Assembly (NCBI RefSeq): GCF_000142905.1
Contig: NW_013657668.1
Span: 172,492 to 236,491 of the forward strand
Direction: 5' to 3'
DNA length: 64,000 bases
Origin: Thecamonas trahens ATCC 50062
Taxonomy: Eukaryota > Protista > Apusomonadida
The position numbers were made by a program, and so were the translations under genes. This document shows, piece by piece, positions 21,015 to 30,200 of the stretch (position 1 is its first letter; each line of letters starts with the position of its first letter). Under the pieces are notes generated by a model. It saw only the letters and a list, made by a program, of their open reading frames with translations, was not told where the DNA came from and did not search any database.

Positions 21015-21266
21015 TTCGTTCAACCGTAATCGTTCGTCTGATCGTTGTCATTCGTTCAACCGTAATCGTTCGTCTGATCGTTGTCATTCGTTCAACCGTA
21101 ATCGTTCGTCTGATCGTTGTCATTCGTTCAACCGTAATCGTTCGTCTGATCGTTGTCATTCGTTCAACCGTAATCGTTCGTCTGATCGTTGTCATTCGTT
21201 CAACCGTAATCGTTCGTCTGATCGTTGTCATTCGTTCAACCGTAATCGTTCGTCTGCTCATTGTCT
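21015..21266. repeat. 36-bp minisatellite, 6 perfect copies plus a degenerate 7th
   Basis: Unit TTCGTTCAACCGTAATCGTTCGTCTGATCGTTGTCA at 21015, 21051, 21087, 21123, 21159, 21195 and 21231; no spacers. Confidence 0.97.
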
Positions 21267-21465
21267 TCAGTCTTCCACATCGTTCGATAGTTGTCGTCTC
21301 CCCCCAAACCCTCCCCTTTTGCCCTGACCGTTGGCCACACGGCACCGCCACCCCCTCCCCCCCCCACACGAGACACCCACCCACTGTGGCCGCTTCCTCT
21401 TCCAGCCCCACGCACTCCACCACACCACACACCAAACCACACCGACTCCAACTGCCACAGTCTTC

Positions 21466-22470
21466 ATGTCCTCCCGCTTCCTCTCCTCCTACACAGAGGA
21501 CGTGGCCCTCCCCGCGAAGGACTTTGTCTACGAGCGGCCCAACACAAGCTACGAGTGGCGTCGCCACAAGGGCATCGATCTCACCGCAGACATCTCCGGT
21601 GACCACCACTCCCACCCGCCGCCGACATCGGCCTCTGCATCTGCCTCTGCGGCCTCGCCCGCGCCGCCTACATCTGGCGAACCCTTGCCCCAGCCCGGCC
21701 ACATCGCCGCTGGCGCTACGTCTGCATCTGATGCTCCTACTGCTCACACCGATCACGCCCTCGATACCACCCAAGACTCGCTGCGTGTATATGATCCGAA
21801 CCGGGCAGTCTCGATCTACTCGTCAGACTTTGAGTCGGCCCTTGTGGCCGCTGCCGGCGAGCGGGAAGAGACCGCCCGCCGGCTCGCCGCCGGGCCTGAC
21901 GCCGTCGATCCGACCCACGCCCCGCCGCCGGTCCTTGCCAAACGAAACAAGGTTGAGCAGACTCGCCCGCCGCGCGAGCATGAGGTTCTTTGCCCGCTTC
22001 CGGTGCGCTCCATGTGCCATCGCGAATACGGCGAATACGGCTACAATCCCGTCGAGGCCAACCCGCGCCATCCCAAGGAGATCTCGCTTCGCTCCTCCAA
22101 CGCCGACCTCGCCGCAGGCTCCACAAAAACAACCAACCACCTTCCGGGCTACACGGGCTTCCTCCCGGCCGATCCGCACAACGTCCACGCTCGCCGCCAG
22201 GCTGTCGCTAACTGTCCGCGCAGGACCGAAAAGGCCTCGTCCACCCTCAACGTTGGCCGCGAGATGGTGCCCGGTTACGCTGGCTACAGGCCGTCATCTC
22301 CCTCTTTCAACGCCAACCGCTCCTTCCGTATGTATCGCCAGTCCGAATACGCAGATGCTTTTTACCGCAAGCCGGTCACCGCTGATGACGTGGTCGAGCA
22401 GCGCAAGCAGCGTGAGCTCTTCTCTCGCGTTCTCAATCCGTGGAACCACGCCTCATTCAACATCAGCTAG
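21466..22470 (+). CDS. FAM166-like (PGYxGxxP repeat) putative ciliary microtubule inner protein
   Basis: ATG 21466 after a C-rich leader; HLPGYTGFLP and MVPGYAGYRP repeats in an otherwise low-complexity protein. Confidence 0.65.
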   Translation: MSSRFLSSYTEDVALPAKDFVYERPNTSYEWRRHKGIDLTADISGDHHSHPPPTSASASASAASPAPPTSGEPLPQPGHIAAGATSASDAPTAHTDHALDTTQDSLRVYDPNRAVSIYSSDFESALVAAAGEREETARRLAAGPDAVDPTHAPPPVLAKRNKVEQTRPPREHEVLCPLPVRSMCHREYGEYGYNPVEANPRHPKEISLRSSNADLAAGSTKTTNHLPGYTGFLPADPHNVHARRQAVANCPRRTEKASSTLNVGREMVPGYAGYRPSSPSFNANRSFRMYRQSEYADAFYRKPVTADDVVEQRKQRELFSRVLNPWNHASFNIS

Positions 22471-22649
22471 TACTCCACGCTTTCGCCGCCTGCATCTCGC
22501 CACACTGCACCTCTCATTACTGCGATAAACAAGCTCATCTTCCCAGCAGCTAGTCTCCTCCTATTTCTCCACGTTGAATGAAAATGCATGATCGTGCGTT
22601 TTTTGGATCTCTCAAAGACGAAACGATGGCCATTTCCGCACCACCAGCC

Positions 22650-23635
22650 TCCAGGACTCCTCTCTCCGGAATTTCCCCTCCCGCTCGCAGGCTCGCGGTC
22701 GGGAGTCCCGGTGACAAACAGGGCTGTGGTGTGGATGACACAGTGCACACCCTGGGAGACCCCCTACATGAGGGGGCCGTACTGTCCTTGGACAGTGCGG
22801 GAGTCGTGGACAATGTAATTTTTGGGGTCGCGCGACCTTCGGCTTCATCCGCGCTCAGGGCACCGGATGAAGGGTAGCAACCAGTCACGGGCTCTGCCCG
22901 TGGCCGGGGGTGCACCCGGTGTCTTGAGCAGGCCGAGGAGCGTGTACCACCAGGAAGGGGGGCCAGGGGAGGAGCCGGCCCCCTGGGCGCCAGGACGCAG
23001 TCCGTCTGGCGCCCTTGCACATCCTTCCTCGTGGTCAGAAATGACCCGCCAAACGTCATGCGACCGGAGTCCGCAAGGGGGTGCGGTCTCATTCGAAGGG
23101 GGTTGACCGGCGGTAGGTGCACCTACCGTTTGTCGCCCCCGTTGGTTGCGGTCAGGGATCCGTCCCTAAACGGCGCTGCGAGGTGTGGACGGATCAGCGG
23201 GGCGAGGGCGCATGCGCCCTGCTCACGCTGATCCTCCTAACCCCCCATGGGATGTGTGTCCATCCCGCCGTCGGTCCGCCGACGGCAACCAGTGTCGTCA
23301 CATGTTGTCGGCATTATCATCCATATTGCCAACCTCTCCCTGGTGGACCGCCGGATGCTCGGTGGTCCTGAGCTGCAACCAGGACAGAGGTCGACCTCTT
23401 GGAGGGTGGGATCTGAAGGAATATCGGTCGTCGGCGCCCCAGTGAGGGATTCCAAGTGACTAGAGTATCCTGCAGTCGATGTTGAGCACCCAACAAGTTG
23501 TACGCCGCACCACTTACGGATGTCCTATGTGGCGGCCGTCTTCTCGCCGTAGTGAGATCAGTGGTTCGCGGTACTTAGGGCCGGCGTACAATCCCACGGC
23601 AGGTGGCACCCTGCGGTTCCTGTAGGTGCTTCTCT
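22650..23635 (+). ncRNA. Candidate long structured non-coding RNA, family unassigned
   Basis: More than 15 helices, including nested multiloops; G-U wobbles consistently on the + strand; Sm-type site AATTTTTGG at 22817-22825; no credible ORF; unusually large gap between convergent genes. Confidence 0.5.
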
Positions 23636-23717
23636 GCTTAACTCCATGCAACAACTCTCCAGCACGTGATCTGGAACACAGGAGCTCTCAACAGCGCTGC
23701 TGTGTCTCGTCCATTGT

Positions 23718-23754
23718 CAACGCCATCTTCAACGCCATCTCCAACGCCCATCTC
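23718..23754. repeat. CAACGCCATCT x3 short tandem repeat, followed by a pyrimidine tract to ~23820
   Basis: Directly visible; the third copy is imperfect. Confidence 0.8.
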
Positions 23755-23824
23755 TTAACCCCCCCAACACGCCAGTTTACCCCCTTTTTTCGCCCCCTTC
23801 CCCCCTTTCCCCTCTCTTTCTGGA

Positions 23825-24120
23825 CAAGACCTCCTCCTGCACCCAAGATCCGATGCAACCTTATCGGGTCGGAGACCCCCTACCGTAAGGTTGGATAACT
23901 AACCCCTGCACCCGTGCAGGGCGGCATAATTGTTCTAATCGGCCCGGCTCACGCCGGTCCGATCCACGTCCTGACCCCTACCCAAGGCCAGGCCCCAAGT
24001 CCAAGCGCTTCATGCGTATGACGAGGCTCACGAGTAAGTTGGCGCCAGACGGGCCCGGACAGTCCCTTCCTACGGTCGGGGGCTTCGTCCGACGTTCGGT
24101 TGGTTGTGGACCCTCTAGTC
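23825..24120 (+). ncRNA. Second structured block (~300 nt): a separate small RNA or the 3' domain of the upstream RNA
   Basis: Helices CAACCTTA/TAAGGTTG (23856-23893), CCCTGCAC/GTGCAGGG (23904-23921), ATCGGCCCGGC/GCCGGTCCGAT (23938-23963) and GTCGG/CCGAC (~24075-24093). Confidence 0.35.
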
Positions 24121-24235
24121 TACATCATTAAACTGATTCTCACACACACACCACCAGCCTCCACACCCTTCAAGCTCAAAATCGCTTGCTTTCATGGGAA
24201 AATCGCAAGCATACGCTTGGCTATCAACGTCATGG

Positions 24236-27200
24236 CTACAGCTCCTTCTCCACAATTGCTCCCGCCGGCATTGCAAACGAGTCCGACGAGTCCGTCGAGC
24301 TCGACGACGACGAGTCGTCCTCCGAGTTGAGGTGCGCCGTCCGCTGCACGGTTGCCTGTTTCTCAACGCCTGCGAGATCCGCACGCCCGTAGAGCATCGC
24401 GAGCATTCGCGCCATCTGCTCCCGCATCACTCGCGTCGGCTCGTCGTCGCACAGCTCTGCGTCCGTCAGCCGCGCCACAACCTTGGGCAGCAGCCGCTCG
24501 ATGTGCTGGTACAGCGTGCAAATCGCCGCGTCGCGGTACTTCTCCGGAACCTCCGAGAACGTCACCGCCACGCCCTCCACGCGCTCCGGCACCGTCGAGA
24601 GCTTGTCGAACAGCTCCGCCATCACGCGTTCGTTCGACACGATAAAGTCGTTGAACTGAAGCATTTTCTTCTCCTTGTTGCCAAACTCCTTCTTGTTCGA
24701 CAGGTTCTGCAGCACCTTGCCGATCAGCACAAGCAGCTTCCGCTCCGTCGGCGTCGGCAGCTCCTTCACCAGCCCGTACGACTCGGGCGCCGTGATGCAC
24801 GGCACCATGAAACGGAGGAAGAAGAACCCACCAACCGCAATCGAGTTCTGCTGCTGCGTGTGCTCCTCAAGCAGCCGCCGCGCAGCCTGCGACGTCGGGT
24901 CCAGCGCTCCCTGCAGGTTGTCACACGCGTCCACCATCTGGTCGAGCTTGTCCGTCAGCTCCAGGATTGCGTCGTTGAACATGTCGAGCCCCTCCCGCAT
25001 CGGGTTGATCGCCACTCCGATCGACGCCAGGTCGGACGTCAGCAGCGGCTCCAGGTTCTCGATCTCGTGGAAGACCTCGGACCCGTTGACGTACGCAGAC
25101 TTGGTCTCCTTCAGATTGTCGTGCAGGTTCTCCGCCACAATAGCCGCGAGGTTCTCCGTCGACACCGGGAACCGCTCAGACATGCACGCCTGCACATGAG
25201 CAAACAGCTCGCGGAACGCCACAGGCAGGTACCGCTCAGACTCCACAATCGTGTTGAACATCCGCTGGCACTTGTTAAGCAGCCCGAACTTGTTCGTCTC
25301 GTCCTGCGCCTCGCCCTTGGCCTTCTTCTGCTCCTCGAGCTCCAGATCGTGGATGATCTTGTTCAGCGGTCGCCCAATCGTCGCGTGCACGTAGTCCAGG
25401 CCCTGCATCTTCGAGTACGTCTTGAACATTTTGGTCGCAAACGAGTTGGTCCGGAACATCGTCGCCTGCGACTGCGCTCCAAACACCTCCCGCGTGATAA
25501 AGTCCTTCTGCAGGTCCACAGACAGCTTGTGCGCCTCGGTGAGAATGAGCACAGCCTTGGCCACGTTGTCCGCCTCCGTCGCCTGCGTCACGTCCACCAC
25601 GGCGTGAAGCACCTCGTAGCCCGGCAGCAGCAGCATCTCCAGCAGCGGGCCCGACTTGGCAATGATAGCGTCGAAATCGAGCGGCTTCTTCGATCCAAAC
25701 GAGCCAAACACCACAGAATGCCGCAGATCGTCCGTCAGCTCCGGTGGCCCGTACAGCTCCTCCTCGCGTTTCCGCTTGTACACAAGGATCCCGAGGAGCA
25801 CAATCAGCAGGCAGCAAACAGCTCCCGCAACCGCAATGCCGACAATCGAGCTCGTGCCCAGCGGCGGCTCCGGCGGCTTGGGTACCGCCGCAGGCTGCTC
25901 AAACACAAAGAACAGCGTCGTCTCGTCAAACCGGCCCCACGGCGCCACCACCGTAAACTGCGCGCCACCGGCCCCGCGCTGCGGTGTCGAACACTGCAGC
26001 TCGCTCTCGGACACATACACCGTCTCGTTGACCGGCACTCCGTCAAACGCACACAGCAGCCGCGAGTAGTTGGTGAACAGCACGCCGGTCACCGTCACCG
26101 TCTCACCACCCGATGTAAGCCCGTTGAGCGGCGCAATCGCGTCCACAGACGGGCAGCCCTGCCCGCCAAACAGCGGCGTCTCGGACGGCGCCGTCGCGTT
26201 CGGGTTCACGCACGACGACGCAATCGTGCACTGCTGCGTGTCCACGCACCACCCGCACTCGGGCCGCGCTGCCTCCCAGCACTCGGAGCACGTGTCCCGG
26301 AGCAGGCACGAGTAGTACTCGAACGGCACAGGTGCAAGATAGTCCTCGTCGATATACCGCAGCGTGAGCGTTCCAGTTGTCGCCACCAGCGACGTCGGCG
26401 ACACGCACGTAGCTGACGATTCGGTCGCTCGGCCACACGTGCCGCAAGCTCCACAATGTCCTGCCCGGCACCACGGTCCCACTGACACGTCGTGCCAGGC
26501 AGGAACGGGCCGCCCGAAAACACAACCTCGGTCCCGCCCTGCATCGAGCCCGACGACGCAGACGGCGTGCCCGTCGGACACGCCCGGTTCTCGCCGCTCA
26601 GCCCGGGAATCACCGTCGTCGTGTTGGCACACGCCCCGCCGCCGATCCCCACACGCGACACACAGCTTGACTCCTCGAGGCACCACGAGCAGATCGACGC
26701 ACACGCGCCGCACGATGTCTGCGCGGCACACACAATCACCTGCACACGCGTCTCGGCAAGGCTCTGCATCACGTAGTTGTCGCCACTGTCCACAGACAGA
26801 CACACCACGTACTCGCCAGCGTTAGCAAACGTCACGTTAAAATACGCGAGTCCGCCAGGCCCAGCCTCATTGTAGTCGCGCGCGTACAGCACGTTGCTCG
26901 GCACCTGGCACCCGCCCGACACGCGGTCAAACCCGATCTTGGTGTTGACCGACGCCGTCGCACCAGCGAGAACAATCTCCGTCTGCACTCCGGCCTCGAG
27001 CACGTTCCAGCCTCTTCGCCCCCGTCAATGCTCAGCGACGTAATCGTTGTCGGCTGCGCAGAGAGCGCCGTCACATTGAGCCCAGCCTGCTTGACGTAGC
27101 TCAGCCCGCCATCCACAGACAAGCAAACCTCGTACGGCCCCGATGGCGAGTTAAACGGCCCCAGGTTGAACGTTGTCGCCCCAGATCCGAGCGAGACAGC

Positions 27201-30200
27201 GCCGTCCACGTTCTCGGAATCGCATGCCACGCCCTGCGCAACAAGTGCGAACCACGTCGTCGCAGAGATCTCCACCCCAGCGTTGAGGCTGATCGTCAGC
27301 GGCGGCGGCTTGGTCGTGCCAAACAACTTCGGGTTCACATCCACCACATCGTTCGCAGTCACGTTCACCACACGCACAAGCGGTCCATCCTGCTGCACAA
27401 GCCCGCCACGGCTGCCGTCCCACGAGTAGCACGCCACATAGTCGCCTGCTGCAGGCATCGCGCTCGCCGCGGCGATCGTTGGCCCAGTCCACGGCACATC
27501 CACGTACGTCCCGGCCCCGGCTCCACACCCGACGCCCACAGGCACCAGCGACATCAACGACGACGACTCAAAGTACACTCCCGACAGCGCAAACGTCGGC
27601 TTCGAGCCCACGCCCACAACACGCGGGTCGACATGATCAATCGCGTCAGTCGCACCGCGCACCACCAGCTTGCCCACGCTTGTCTGCGCCACAACCTGCG
27701 TCGCGTGCACCCCATAGCACACCGTGTAGTTGCCCGGTGTGTTGATCGCCGACGTCCACTGCGTCTCGGTCCCGCTCACAATCGGAATCACGCCCAGCTC
27801 GGGCGTGCACGACGCCGACGACGAGAAGAACACCCGCGTCGCAGCAGACGGCTTGATGTTGGAGCCGGTCATCGCAAACACCGGGTTCACGCCGACAGGT
27901 ACCATAAGCGGCGACAGGCTCGTCACCGTCGTCGCCGTCGCAGCAATCGCCTGCACAGACACACCCGTCTGCGCCAGCCACGTCGGCACGTCCGAGTCGA
28001 CTCGCACGCACGCGTAGTACACGCCTGCGCTCGTGAATCCGCCGCTCCCGCCGCCAAGCACGTACTCGGTCTGCGACCCGTTGTTGATGAGCGTCACAAC
28101 CTGCGGGGACGAGCAGTCGCCGGCAGTGAGCGTAAACCCGAGCTCGACGCCGCTCATCAGCACAATCGACGACGATACCGTTAGCACAAAGTCGTCCACT
28201 CCGGACGGCACCTCCGCCGGCACCAGGCCTGTCACTGTCGTGCTGCTTCCAGCTTGCACCGTGAGCGTCACCGACGACTGCTGCGTCCACTCCTCGGACG
28301 GCGCCCCACGATTGACCGTGTAGCACGTCGAGTACGCTCCCAATGCCAGTGGCGCAGACAGCGTCACCGGTCCTGTCGCCGTCATGTCCGTCACAGCCTC
28401 GCGGTCACCCAGAATAAGGCAGCTTTTGCCTGCCGCCGCAAATGCGATTGCGCCCGTCGCCACAGGCGTAAACGTGCTAAACGTCATCGTCAGCCCGCTC
28501 TTGTCTGCAGGGTGGTATCGCCGGTCCACCGACGTCAGCGTGTTTGTGTCAATCGTCACCACATCGATCGTTGCGCTCTGCGCCGTGTAGCTTGCCTTGC
28601 CGTCTGTTGAGTAGCACACATACAGCGGGCCCGACGCGTAGTCGCGGTCCACCGTGATAGCCACGGTTGCCCCAAGGTCGGTGCTGAGATCCACCGACGC
28701 ATCCACGCTCGCGCAGCTCGCCGAGGTCGAGAGCCCCACCGTCGCGCCCTTGGCGTGGTAAGCTCCGTTGCCCGTCAGCGTGATCGTCGGCCGCGTCTTG
28801 GCGCCCATCACGTTTGGCACCGGCGTCACAAACCGGTCTGCACTCGGCCCGACAACCGTAAACGTTGCCGCAGGATTCTCCACCCACGCCGTCGTGGCAT
28901 CCATCTGCGTGCACACCTTGTACATGCCCGGTGTCGGATCGCCGACATACCCACGGATCGTCGTGTTGCCGTATCCAAACTCACGCTCGCTCGCGACCGG
29001 CACCGAGCCGCACGAGTCGGCAACCGGAATGACCGCCACCTTGGTCGACGACGCCCCGATGAGGTTCGACGTCCCCGACGGCACGAGGTCACTCGTCATG
29101 CCCGAGCCAAGGAACGCAGGCTCGAGCGACGACAGAATCAGCGCCTCCGTCGACGACACGACCGTGATCTCCGCACCGACTGCGATCTGCGCCACCCATT
29201 CGGCGAGAAGAATAGGCTTGTAGAAGCAGAACTGATACTTGCCCTTGTCTAGCCCCGTCGGCGCCGTGAACGGTGGCGGCGACGGCGAACCGGTGGTGTA
29301 CGCCACTTCGCCAATCCGCCCCGAAACACACGCTCCAGACTTGGCCATTGCAAGCTGTGTCGTCCCGTCGCGGGCATCGGTCACAATGTCGAACGCGAGA
29401 CCGGGCACACCAGACGCCACAATCTGCGGCGTGGCAGACTCGATCGACAGCGCCAGCGGCTCGTTCACCACAGACACTTGCGATCGAAGTTGCCGCGTCC
29501 ATGTCGCTCCGCCGTTGACTGTGAGGCAGACATCGAACACACCAGGCTCGGCGAGCGCCTCGCTCACCAGAAGCTCCTGGTTCTTGGCCTGCACATCAAC
29601 CGTCCCGATGTGGAAGCCCGTCTGCCCACAGTCCTGATTGGCGTCTGGATGCAGGAGCGCCACTTGGACCTGTGACGGCACCGACGTCTGCTGCAGCGAC
29701 CCAAAGGTCATGAGCGGCTGCGTCCCGTTCAGCACCGTCGACGGTACCAGATCGGTCATCGCATTCGGCGAGTCGATCGCGTACTGGATCGTTTGCCCCG
29801 TCGAGCCCCAACGCGTGCCCTCGGCTGTGTAGCAGACGTGGTAGTTCTTGGAGAGCTGCGCCGCCGGCTCGCCGTAGTCGACGCTGAGCGCGAGGTCGAT
29901 CGAGCCATCGGCAAGCGCCACCTCGACCTTGCGGTCCTGACATGAGGCGTAGGGTGAGATGGCCACCTTGGCGCCCGGCGGTCCACCGCCGGCCGTGAAG
30001 CTCACCACATACGAGCTCAACGAGTTGCCGAGCACCGCTGGCGGCGAGTCCAGCGTCAACGAGGTCGCACTGGGTGGCGAGAAGACCACGAACGCTGCGC
30101 CGCTAGCCTGTCCCACCCACGTACCTGGCTTGGCCGCTGATGCAAGACAGAGGTAGTACTGACCCGCAGGCACGCCGCTGTTGAGCGATATCGACGCCAT

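Noticed and set aside
21015-21266. CRISPR array (36-bp repeats)
   Set aside because: Repeats are head-to-tail with no unique spacers, there are no cas genes, and the context is eukaryotic.
20470-22528. Long ORFs running through the 36-bp repeat (20470-21774 -, 20933-22528 +, 20866-21327 +)
   Set aside because: They stay open only because the unit is a stop-free multiple of 3; they overlap better-supported genes in other frames.
22645-22657. 13-nt identity to the HCV IRES (CAGCCTCCAGGAC); also ACCACGAGGAAG on the - strand at ~23024-23035 resembling U3
   Set aside because: Short isolated matches with no flanking similarity, no downstream ORF and no box D; consistent with chance.
22700-22895. 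RNase MRP/P P4 helix (GAGTCCCG with CGGGCTC)
   Set aside because: Both strands are better explained by local hairpins; no P1 pairing or CR-IV/CR-V context found.
22796-24121. Group I intron (P/Q/R/S-like words in order), hammerhead or HDV-like ribozyme
   Set aside because: Matches are partial and too far apart; no CUGAnGA...GAAA core or complete HDV double pseudoknot seen; no host exon context.
24194-26416. Long antisense ORFs (24194-26416 +, also 35274-37034 + and 39385-40584 +)
   Set aside because: Shadow ORFs expected opposite GC-rich genes with biased codons; no independent protein features.
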